Virus record (IMG/VR): IMGVR_UViG_3300015050_001523
Location: 224,001-288,000 of that record
Origin: a virus
Lineage: Duplodnaviria > Caudoviricetes
Strand: one strand, 5' to 3'
Length of the DNA: 64,000 bases
Below are positions 10,144 to 18,569 of this stretch, in pieces. Position 1 is the stretch's first letter; every line of letters starts with the position of its first letter. The position numbers and the translations under genes are program-made. The notes beneath the pieces are model-generated. The model saw nothing but the letters and a program-made list of their open reading frames with translations, was not told where the DNA came from and ran no database searches.

Positions 10144-11031
10144 ATGAAGGATATTATTGGAATAATAGGGCAGGGATTTGTAGGAAGTGCATTACGCAAA
10201 GGGATGGAAAAAACATGTGCAACATATGTTTATGATAAATTCAAAACAGAGTTACTTCAAAATGTTTCTGAAGTAGTAAACATGTTGCACCACCCAGAAT
10301 TAAAAGAAAAAGACAAAATAGTATTTGTATGTGTTCCAACTCCAATGTTTTCAAATGGAAAATGTGACATTTCAATTGTAGAGTCTGTTGTTAAAGAAAT
10401 TGATGAAGCTTCTTCTAAATTTAAACAAAAAACAATTGTTGTAATAAAGTCAACAATTCCGCCTGGAACTACAGAATATTTAGATAATGCCTTTGATAAT
10501 GTTAGTGTGATCTTTAATCCTGAATTTTTGAGAGAAGCTTCTCCTTTTGAAGATTTTATAAATCAAAATAGAATAATCCTTGGTGGAAAATTATCAACAA
10601 TTAAAAAAGTTGCAAATCTTTATCGTAATAGATTTCCAAATGTTCCAATTATTGGAATGGAATCAAAAGAAGCAGAAATGGTAAAGTATGTAACAAATTG
10701 CTTTCTTGCTACAAAAGTTAGCTTTGCAAATGAAATATTTCAAATTTGTAAAAAAATGGACATTTCATATGAGGGAGTTATTTCAGCGGCAATATATGAC
10801 GAAAGACTTGGAAAAAGTCATTGGTCTGTACCTGGACCTGATGGTTCTTTTGGGTATGGCGGACATTGCTTTCCAAAAGATCTTAATGCATTAACTTATA
10901 TGTCTAAAATGTTAGGAATAGAGCCTGTTATGTTAGGGGCTACATGGAAAAAGAATTTAGAAGTAAGAACCCCAGAAGAAAGAGATTGGGAAAAAATGAA
11001 AGGCCGAGCTGTTTCGATAGAGGGATTATAA
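10144..11031 (+). CDS. ugd: UDP-glucose/GDP-mannose 6-dehydrogenase family protein (short form)
   Basis: IGIIGQGFVG, FVCVPTP, IKSTIPPGTT, FNPEFLRE, EAEMVKY, catalytic GYGGHCFPKD. Confidence 0.85.
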   Translation: MKDIIGIIGQGFVGSALRKGMEKTCATYVYDKFKTELLQNVSEVVNMLHHPELKEKDKIVFVCVPTPMFSNGKCDISIVESVVKEIDEASSKFKQKTIVVIKSTIPPGTTEYLDNAFDNVSVIFNPEFLREASPFEDFINQNRIILGGKLSTIKKVANLYRNRFPNVPIIGMESKEAEMVKYVTNCFLATKVSFANEIFQICKKMDISYEGVISAAIYDERLGKSHWSVPGPDGSFGYGGHCFPKDLNALTYMSKMLGIEPVMLGATWKKNLEVRTPEERDWEKMKGRAVSIEGL

Positions 11032-11033
11032 AT

Positions 11034-11597
11034 ATGAGAAATGGATTAATTATTGATGAACATGGAGCCAAGAGATATTACTTAAATGACAAGCTTCATA
11101 GAGAAGACGGCCCTGCTGTTGAATGGAAAAATGGAAATAAATGGTGGTATCGCCATGGAAGACTTCATAGAGAGGATGGGCCTGCATTCGAAGAAGGTTG
11201 GGATGGATCCAAGTATTGGTATATAAATGGAGAACGTCATCGAGAAGATGGTCCTGCAATTGAATTTGCAAACGGAGTTAAGTTTTATTATTTAAATAAT
11301 ATTGAATATTCTGAAGAAGATTTTTGGGAAGAAATTAAAAAAAGAAAATCTCTTAATTTTATTCTCAAGAATTATTTCAAAACTAGAAGAACATTTAGCA
11401 ACATTTCATTTCCAATCGTTCGTCGAGTATTTAGCCAATTAATTCAAAAGGATTTTATAAGTATACAACCTATGGAGCTGCCATCAAGTATATTCTTCTT
11501 TGAATATACCTATGACAGTAATCCTTCTATAGATTCTTCAATTCAAGATAATAGTTGTGTTATAAATGAAACTGAAAACGTAAATATATGTTCTTGA
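11034..11597 (+). CDS. HREDGPA-repeat protein fused to a major-capsid-protein-derived segment
   Basis: Three HREDGPA repeats (11097, 11166, 11238). Segment 11394..11513 matches MCP 62232..62354. Start moved to ATG 11034 (after the ugd stop, GAGGG upstream). Confidence 0.8.
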   Translation: MRNGLIIDEHGAKRYYLNDKLHREDGPAVEWKNGNKWWYRHGRLHREDGPAFEEGWDGSKYWYINGERHREDGPAIEFANGVKFYYLNNIEYSEEDFWEEIKKRKSLNFILKNYFKTRRTFSNISFPIVRRVFSQLIQKDFISIQPMELPSSIFFFEYTYDSNPSIDSSIQDNSCVINETENVNICS

Positions 11598-11647
11598 ATT
11601 CGAATGAAATGGTAAAATCTCTATTATTTTTTGTAAAATAAGTTGTA

Positions 11648-12547
11648 ATGTATAGTCTTATAAACTGTGAAATAGATCAATGTTCAGTAGAGACTTTTGA
11701 TTTATATTTAAATAATGTTTGTAAAGATATTTCTTGTGAACAATTATTATATAATAATGGAAAAGATAGATGTATAAATACAATTTCATTTTCTGAATTA
11801 AAAGATCATGTAGAGTGTTCATATCGCCATAAATTAAAATACGTTGATAAAGTCAACATGTTCGAAGAAAATGTAAATACAAACTTTGGAACAGCGTTGC
11901 ATGAGGCATGTGAAACTTACCTAAAGACAAGAGAAATGAAATATGAATTGGCTCTGGACTATATTGTTCAGGCTTGGGAAAAACATAACCTGCCTGATCT
12001 TGGAAATTGGCTTAAAGAAGCTAATGCTTTGCTTGAGGCAGTACCAGAATTTTTAGATGAGAGATTTCCTGGATGGGAATGTTTTTCTGCTGAAGAAGAT
12101 TTGTTAGAAAAAATAGAAGGAGAACATTCTTTAGATTTTACATTTAAAGGGTTCATTGATGGAGTTATCAAGTGCAATGATCAATATACAATTATTGATT
12201 GGAAAACTTCTGGGAAAGGATGGAACAAATATAAAAAAGAAGATGAAAATCTTAAAATGCAATTAGTTCTTTATGCCAAATTTTGGGGGCAAAAGCATAA
12301 TATTCCACTTTCTAAAATTAGAGTAGGATTTGTAGTTTTAAATAGAGACTTAGAGAATCCTGAAAGAATAGAGTTTTTTTCATTTCCGATTGAAGAATCT
12401 GGAGTTAAAAAAACTTTAAATATATTAAATAATTCTCTAAACATGTCAAAAAAAGGCATGTATTTTAAACCTTGGAAATATAAAATTTCGTACCAACAGG
12501 GAAGTTGCAGGTTTTGTGATTATAATGAAACTCCTCATTGTCCGTAA
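11648..12547 (+). CDS. Solo Cas4-like / PD-(D/E)XK exonuclease with predicted Fe-S cluster
   Basis: ISFSEL...ECSYR, FGTALHE, GFIDGV...IIDWKT, QLVLYA, C-terminal CRFC...HC (1+3 Cys pattern). Confidence 0.82.
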   Translation: MYSLINCEIDQCSVETFDLYLNNVCKDISCEQLLYNNGKDRCINTISFSELKDHVECSYRHKLKYVDKVNMFEENVNTNFGTALHEACETYLKTREMKYELALDYIVQAWEKHNLPDLGNWLKEANALLEAVPEFLDERFPGWECFSAEEDLLEKIEGEHSLDFTFKGFIDGVIKCNDQYTIIDWKTSGKGWNKYKKEDENLKMQLVLYAKFWGQKHNIPLSKIRVGFVVLNRDLENPERIEFFSFPIEESGVKKTLNILNNSLNMSKKGMYFKPWKYKISYQQGSCRFCDYNETPHCP

Positions 12548-12562
12548 TAATTTAAGGAAAAT

Positions 12563-12943
12563 ATGACAGATAGAGATTTTATTTATTGGCTTCACGGATA
12601 TTTTGAAATATCTGAAAACTTAACTTTGAGTAATGAACAAATTTATATGATTAAAAAACATATAAGCCTTGTCCAAAAAGAAAGAAAAAACTTCTCAGAC
12701 CATAGCACTGTTATTGAATGGATTAATGAAAAAATACATAATTGGGATAATTTAGCTAATAATGATTTGAAATTGGCGATTGTAACTGAGATATCGAATA
12801 AACTTAATCTTGTAATGGCAAGAATTGCTATAGATTCTTTTGTTTTCCAAAGTCAACAATCTTCAGAAACCTTTTTTAAAAGCAATAAATCAATTTCTTC
12901 CAACTCTGTTGATTCGGAGATAATAACTCATATAACTTGTTAA
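12563..12943 (+). CDS. Hypothetical phage protein
   Basis: Clean ORF with AAGGA RBS; N-terminal DFIYWLHGYFEI motif. Confidence 0.6.
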   Translation: MTDRDFIYWLHGYFEISENLTLSNEQIYMIKKHISLVQKERKNFSDHSTVIEWINEKIHNWDNLANNDLKLAIVTEISNKLNLVMARIAIDSFVFQSQQSSETFFKSNKSISSNSVDSEIITHITC

Positions 12944-12966
12944 TATAATAAATCTAAAGGAAAATA

Positions 12967-14244
12967 GTGAAAAAAAAGAAAATTTTATTTATCTCGGACC
13001 ACCCTCTTTCTACGTCAGGAGTCGGAACCCAGTCGCGTTACCTTATAGAAGGACTTCTACGAACAGGGAAATACCAATTTAAATGTTTAGGAGCCGCAAT
13101 TAAGCATGGCGACTATCGAATGGTAAGTGTTCCAGCAAATCCAGATGATCCAAAAAAGTGGGATGATGGAGATTGGCTAATTAGGCCAATTGATGGATTT
13201 GGAGATAAAAATTTAATGAGGCTTTTGTTGGCACAAGAAAAACCAGATGCAGTTTTTTTGTTTACTGATCCAAGGTTTTTTATGCAGCACTTTGAAATTG
13301 AAGATGAAATTCATCAAGTTTGTCCAATTGTATGGTGGCATGTTTGGGATAATGATCCTTGGCCAGCATACAATAAGCCAATTTATGATAGCATCGACCT
13401 AATCAATTGTCATAGTAATAAAACTTATGAAATGACGGTAGAGCATTATCCTGAAATTACAAACTTTATTCCACATGCTGTACCTCCTGAAATTTTTCAT
13501 CCACTAAAAGAACAAGAGATAATCAAGGCAAAAGAAAATGTATTAGGTGCTGACAAAAAGAATCATTTTGTTGCATTTTGGATAAATAGAAATGCTAGAC
13601 GAAAATTGCCTGCCGATCTTATTGAAGCATGGAGCATGTTCTTAGATCAATTAGAAAAAGAATATGGACATAGAGATGCAACATTGTTAATGCATACAGA
13701 TCCATTAGATCAAGAAGGTCCAAATTTATTTAAAATTGTTGAGCATTTTAATTTGACTAAAAATGTTGTTTTCTCAACTGAACGAATAGGATTCCCTCAA
13801 ATCAACATTATGCATAATATTGCTGATACTTGCATCAATTTTGCATATAATGAAGGTTTTGGATTGGGAACTTTGGAATCTATGATGACAGGCACTCCAA
13901 TAATTGCACTAAAGACTGGAGGCTTGACTAGACAAGTTGAAGACTATAGAGACGGAAGCCACAATGGAATAGCTCTAGAGTCTGAAATAAGAAGATTGGT
14001 TGGAAGTCAGTCTGTTCCATACATTTATGAAGATCACGTATCAAATAAGACAGTGGCAGATGCTATTATGAAGATGTATGAATTCGGACCTGAAAAAAGA
14101 AAAGAACTTGGACAAAAAGCTTTAGCATATGCTAAATTTGAGTTTAATATTGATAACACAATAAAAAATTGGGACAAAACATTATTTGAAACAATTGAAA
14201 ATTGGAAAACTAGAAGAGGCATGTGGGAATGTCAAAAGGTTTAA
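12967..14244 (+). CDS. GT4-type glycosyltransferase
   Basis: GTG start with AAAGG RBS; SDHPLSTSGVGTQ, NRNARRK, NEGFGLGTLESMMTGTPII. Confidence 0.9.
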   Translation: MKKKKILFISDHPLSTSGVGTQSRYLIEGLLRTGKYQFKCLGAAIKHGDYRMVSVPANPDDPKKWDDGDWLIRPIDGFGDKNLMRLLLAQEKPDAVFLFTDPRFFMQHFEIEDEIHQVCPIVWWHVWDNDPWPAYNKPIYDSIDLINCHSNKTYEMTVEHYPEITNFIPHAVPPEIFHPLKEQEIIKAKENVLGADKKNHFVAFWINRNARRKLPADLIEAWSMFLDQLEKEYGHRDATLLMHTDPLDQEGPNLFKIVEHFNLTKNVVFSTERIGFPQINIMHNIADTCINFAYNEGFGLGTLESMMTGTPIIALKTGGLTRQVEDYRDGSHNGIALESEIRRLVGSQSVPYIYEDHVSNKTVADAIMKMYEFGPEKRKELGQKALAYAKFEFNIDNTIKNWDKTLFETIENWKTRRGMWECQKV

Positions 14245-14259
14245 AATAAGGGATTTATT

Positions 14260-15510
14260 ATGAAAAAGAAAGTAATATTGCGTGCTCCACTTCTAACCCA
14301 GTCAGGATATGGAGTTCATTCACGTCAAATTTTTAGGTGGCTTGAATCAAATATAGAAAAATTTGAAACATTTGTAAATGTTGTTCCATGGGGAAATACA
14401 ACTTGGTTTATCGATCCAGATCGATTAAATGGGCTTATTGGAAGAATAATGAACAAAAGTGGTAATTACCCATCAAGTTTTGATATTTCAATTCAAGTAC
14501 AGTTGCCAAATGAATGGGATTCTAATTTGGCAAGATTCAATGTTGGAGTAACAGCAGCAGTTGAAACTGATAAGGCAAATCCTGCATGGGCTTATAATGT
14601 AAAGTCTATGGACTTAGTAATTGTTCCTTCTGAACATGCAAAGTTATCTCTAACAAATTCAGGATGTTCAGAGGCAAAAATTAAAGTTGTTCCTGAAGCC
14701 TTTATTGATGAAATTCTAAATGAAGAAAAAAATGATCTAAATTTAGAATTTGAGACAAATTTTAATTTTCTTATATTTGGCCAATTTACTGGCAATAATG
14801 AAGAAAATGATAGAAAGAATACATATAATACTCTAAAATGGATTTGTGAATCATTTAAGAATGATAAAGATGTTGGAATTGTAATTAAAACAAATTTTTC
14901 TAGAAATTGCCAATTTGATAGAAATATAACAAAAGATATTCTTAAAAATACATTAAGCAAATTTAGAGACGAGAGAAAGTTGCCTCCAGTTTATTTTATC
15001 CATGGAGAGATGAGTGACAAGGAAATCGCTTCCCTATATGTCCATCCAAAAATAAAAGCACTTGTGTCACTTACAAGGGGAGAAGGATTTGGACTTCCAA
15101 CTCTGGAAGCTGCGGCATCAGGACTTCCTGTAATCGCTACAAATTGGTCTGGCCATCTTGATTTTATGAATAAGGGAAAATTTTTAGGAGTTGATTATTC
15201 ATTAAAAGAAATTTCAAGTTCAAGAGTAGACAAAAGAATATGTCCTTCATGCAATGGTTCTGGAAAAAATGGACATATTCAAATATGCAGCATTTGCGGA
15301 GGAACAGGGCACACTCAGATATTTATGGAAGGTTCAAAATGGGCGGAACCAAAAGAGATTTCTGCTAAAAAAATTCTAAAAAAATTCAGAGAGATGCCAA
15401 ATGCCCCTAAAGAATGGGCAGTTGAGCTTTCGACTATTATTAGAAAAGAATATTCACAAGATGCTATCGAAAAGCATTATGATCGAGTATTCTCTGATAT
15501 AGTCGTATGA
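14260..15510 (+). CDS. GT4-type glycosyltransferase with DnaJ-type zinc-finger insertion
   Basis: SGYGVHSR, TRGEGFGLPTLEAAASGLPVIATNWSGH; CPSCNGSG...CSICGGTG insert. Confidence 0.88.
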   Translation: MKKKVILRAPLLTQSGYGVHSRQIFRWLESNIEKFETFVNVVPWGNTTWFIDPDRLNGLIGRIMNKSGNYPSSFDISIQVQLPNEWDSNLARFNVGVTAAVETDKANPAWAYNVKSMDLVIVPSEHAKLSLTNSGCSEAKIKVVPEAFIDEILNEEKNDLNLEFETNFNFLIFGQFTGNNEENDRKNTYNTLKWICESFKNDKDVGIVIKTNFSRNCQFDRNITKDILKNTLSKFRDERKLPPVYFIHGEMSDKEIASLYVHPKIKALVSLTRGEGFGLPTLEAAASGLPVIATNWSGHLDFMNKGKFLGVDYSLKEISSSRVDKRICPSCNGSGKNGHIQICSICGGTGHTQIFMEGSKWAEPKEISAKKILKKFREMPNAPKEWAVELSTIIRKEYSQDAIEKHYDRVFSDIVV

Positions 15511-15821
15511 TAATTGCACTTATAATTTTAGTAATTTTATTAATTGCGGCGCTTACTGTTTCAGTAAGCGCCAATTTGCGTTTTGGAAATATGTTAATGA
15601 ATATTGAGGATAATACACAGGCATGTGTAGACATAATTGATAAAAGATATTATAATTTAATGCATGTTTTTGATGATTCTCCTGGAGTTATTAATGATGA
15701 CCCATTGGTTAGATCGTTTGTAAATGAGGTCAATGAGGCAAGAAATGATATGTTGAGAATAGCGAATATTATATCTAATTCAACTGAGCAATTGAATGAT
15801 AATAATGACAGAGAGGAATAA
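15507..15821 (+). CDS. Small membrane-anchored coiled-coil protein
   Basis: Hydrophobic N-terminal helix (IIALIILVILLIAALTVSV) followed by a helical region; ATGA overlap with the upstream gene. Confidence 0.65.
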   Translation: MIIALIILVILLIAALTVSVSANLRFGNMLMNIEDNTQACVDIIDKRYYNLMHVFDDSPGVINDDPLVRSFVNEVNEARNDMLRIANIISNSTEQLNDNNDREE

Positions 15822-15878
15822 GCTCTGGATATAAAAATTACATATGCATAGCTCAAATGCTAAAGAGTTTAAAAATAA

Positions 15879-16796
15879 TTGGAAAAATCAAGTTCAAATT
15901 TTGGTAAAAAGAAAGTAGTAAAGAGAAGAAAAAAGGGTACAGCTTCAAATAAACCTTATTTTCATCAAGGAACACAAGATGCAATTGTTGCATTTCAGGC
16001 AGAAATTGCAAAATTAAAACCTATTGATGAAAAAAAACTTAAAATTAAGGAGCTTGAATCTGAAATAAAAAAAACAAAAAATAATGATTTGGTATTAAAA
16101 CTTTCAGGAGAAATAAAAACTTTAAAAGATTGGATTTTAGAAAATAAAACCAAGCCTGAATTTATAGAACCATTTAGGGCCAAATCTAAGCTGTATAAAG
16201 AAGAAATAGAGCCTGCATTTGACAAGCTTGTAGAAAATCTAATTTTTATACATAATTTTTTAAGTCTTCATGATTCTTATGAGGATTTGAAATCTGATTG
16301 TGTTACTTTTTTATATCAGGCAATTCCGAAATTCAAAACAGAAAAAGGATATAAGGCTTTTTCTTATTTTAATATTATTGCAAAACATTTTTTAATTATT
16401 AGAGGAAAGCAACGCGCCAATAAAATTAAGAAAAATGTTTGTTTTGATGACCCAGATTCAATGGGGGTGGCAGAATATGAAGCATTTGTTGAATATTGTA
16501 CGGTTCCATCACCAGATGTTGAAATGATTTCTAAAGAGCTAAATGGCGAAATTGGAGGGCTTTTAGAAGAAATAAGAAAAAGATTGAAAAATGATAGTGA
16601 AAACAAGACCATAGATTCTATTATTTACATATTTAAACATATTAATGAAATAGATTTATTAAATAAAAGAGCTGTATTTTTTTATATTAGAGAAATGACA
16701 GGATTATCTGCAAAACAACTAACTACAAATATGGCCGTAATTAAAAGACATTATAAAGACTTAAGGGGAGATATTGAATTTGGACTATTCTTCTAA
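15879..16796 (+). CDS. T4 gp55-like late sigma factor
   Basis: YF...TQDAIV, FDKLVENLI, DLKSDCV, YKAFSYFNIIAKHFLI resembles region 2 of gp55-type sigmas. TTG start directly after an in-frame TAA. Confidence 0.7.
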   Translation: MEKSSSNFGKKKVVKRRKKGTASNKPYFHQGTQDAIVAFQAEIAKLKPIDEKKLKIKELESEIKKTKNNDLVLKLSGEIKTLKDWILENKTKPEFIEPFRAKSKLYKEEIEPAFDKLVENLIFIHNFLSLHDSYEDLKSDCVTFLYQAIPKFKTEKGYKAFSYFNIIAKHFLIIRGKQRANKIKKNVCFDDPDSMGVAEYEAFVEYCTVPSPDVEMISKELNGEIGGLLEEIRKRLKNDSENKTIDSIIYIFKHINEIDLLNKRAVFFYIREMTGLSAKQLTTNMAVIKRHYKDLRGDIEFGLFF

Positions 16797-17166
16797 AAAA
16801 ACAGATAAAAAAAAAGAACTTCTTCAAGAATTTGATGAATTATTAGATTCTATAAATTCTGCTGGCTCCAAAGAAAAAATCCTTTGGAGACAAATTTATG
16901 AAAATGCAATAACAGATCGTTCAAATGCAAATTTATGCTTTTTAGATATTTATCCTCACTTACAAGGCGATATGGAAAACCATATGACTCATGGAATGCA
17001 AACTGTTCAATATCTAACAAGAATGGAAAAATCAAATGAGCAACTAATTAAGCTTGCAACTCTTATTCAAAAAGCTTTAGAAGGTCAAGTAAATGAAGAC
17101 TCTATAGATGCAAATGCAATTTTTGATCAAATTCAAAAATTGCAAAAAGAAGAAAATGGTGAATAA
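16774..17166 (+). CDS. Hypothetical helical protein
   Basis: Overlaps the sigma 3' end. TTG start at 16774, or 16780 (better spaced from GGGGAG). Confidence 0.65.
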   Translation: MNLDYSSKKTDKKKELLQEFDELLDSINSAGSKEKILWRQIYENAITDRSNANLCFLDIYPHLQGDMENHMTHGMQTVQYLTRMEKSNEQLIKLATLIQKALEGQVNEDSIDANAIFDQIQKLQKEENGE

Positions 17167-17168
17167 AA

Positions 17169-18569
17169 ATGTCAAGTGAAGTTACAGGATATAACGCTAA
17201 CCGTAGAATATTTGAACAGGGCACTGAAATTGGCGAAGAAATTGAGTCAATTAGAGGGACAATGCCACTTCCAATATTCCAAGTTGCAGTTGTTGTTGAT
17301 GTTTTTTGTGATCCTTCAAGTTTGACAATAGATGATATTTCAAAGCTTCAAAAAGAAACATCAAGTCCTGAACTTTGCAAAAGAATGCCAAGAAACAGTA
17401 TTACAGGAAGAATAATAACAAGAAATCAAGATCTTTTTGATAGTTCTCCAAAAATATTTTTCCCTGTTGATATTTTTGATGCCGAACCTGTAAAGCCTGG
17501 AGAACAGGTTTTTGTGTTTTATATTGATCAAAATGTAAATAGTCAAATTGGGTATTGGTGGAAAAGAGTTCCGCAAACAATTGACGCAGATGACATTAAT
17601 TTTACTCATGCAGATAGAAAATTTGAAATAAATGAAGGCGCTACTGCTACAGACAAATTAGCCGGAAAGCAACCTGCTGTTTTAGATTTTAAAAATGGAG
17701 GAGGTATTGAGTCTGAACAAAGAACTCTTGCAGGAGCAAATGCATATGACAAAATTAATAAAAATGCTAAAGCAAATGCTCAAATTATAAAAGAGCCAAC
17801 TGCTCGTTTTGTAAAGAGACCTGGAGATAAAGTAATCTTAGGAAGTAATGCAACTAGAATTGTTCTTGGAATGGATCGGGCATCTACTTCAACCGCCCCA
17901 GCTTCAGATTCCCCTAGAAAAGAGTCAGCAACAATTGACATGGTTGTTGGATATGGAAGAAAAGACAAAAGAAACGCTCCTAAAATAATTGAAAATAGTA
18001 GAGGATATGAAGAAGTTGATAAAGATTTGAAGACTCCTTCTAATCGAGCAGAGGGAGATCCTGATATGATTGAAGACCCATCAAGGTTTTATCTTTCAGA
18101 GAGCACAGATCCTGATGCAAATTTTCAAATTGAAATAGATGGAATTTCTCCATCTATGGAATATGCACCTTCTGCAATTATAAAAACAGATAGGCTTAGA
18201 CTTATTGCAAATGAAAATATTAGAATAGTTGGAAAGTCTGGTAAAGGTGCGATATCAATTGAAGATAATGGAAATTTTGTATTAGTATCTCCAAATGTAA
18301 AAATTGGCTCAGCATCTTCAAAAGAGCCTGTTGTTCTTGGTGATTCTTTAGTTTCTGCATTGAATAATTATGTAAAATCAACAACTGATGCATTAAATAC
18401 ATTAAATCTTGCAGCTGCAACTTATTTTGCTGTTCCATTGCCGACTCCTCCGCAACAGGCAACTTTTATATTGGCATGGTCTACTTATTATGGATTAGTT
18501 CTTGCTGCACAAACAACTTTACAAGCAGAATTAAATAAATCTCTATCAACAAAGGTTTTTTCTGAATAA
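17169..18569 (+). CDS. gp5/VgrG-like baseplate spike/hub protein
   Basis: OB-fold-like N-terminus (P..PGEQVFV...GYW), PGDKVILG.N.TRIVLG, C-terminal EPVVLGD.L; lies directly before gp25- and gp6-like genes. Confidence 0.6.
   Translation: MSSEVTGYNANRRIFEQGTEIGEEIESIRGTMPLPIFQVAVVVDVFCDPSSLTIDDISKLQKETSSPELCKRMPRNSITGRIITRNQDLFDSSPKIFFPVDIFDAEPVKPGEQVFVFYIDQNVNSQIGYWWKRVPQTIDADDINFTHADRKFEINEGATATDKLAGKQPAVLDFKNGGGIESEQRTLAGANAYDKINKNAKANAQIIKEPTARFVKRPGDKVILGSNATRIVLGMDRASTSTAPASDSPRKESATIDMVVGYGRKDKRNAPKIIENSRGYEEVDKDLKTPSNRAEGDPDMIEDPSRFYLSESTDPDANFQIEIDGISPSMEYAPSAIIKTDRLRLIANENIRIVGKSGKGAISIEDNGNFVLVSPNVKIGSASSKEPVVLGDSLVSALNNYVKSTTDALNTLNLAAATYFAVPLPTPPQQATFILAWSTYYGLVLAAQTTLQAELNKSLSTKVFSE

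Noticed and set aside
10944-11033. Track start of the HREDGPA ORF at 10944
   Set aside because: It overlaps ugd by 88 nt; ATG 11034 has an RBS and follows the ugd stop.
11097-11258. HREDGPA repeats as a CRISPR array or DGR template/variable repeat
   Set aside because: The units are in-frame protein repeats (69 and 72 nt spacing) that differ at synonymous sites, not specifically at adenines. No reverse transcriptase is in the window.
11407-11431. 25-nt capsid-gene match as a self-targeting CRISPR spacer next to the Cas4-like gene
   Set aside because: No flanking direct repeats. Similarity extends in frame over about 120 nt, which fits gene-fragment duplication.
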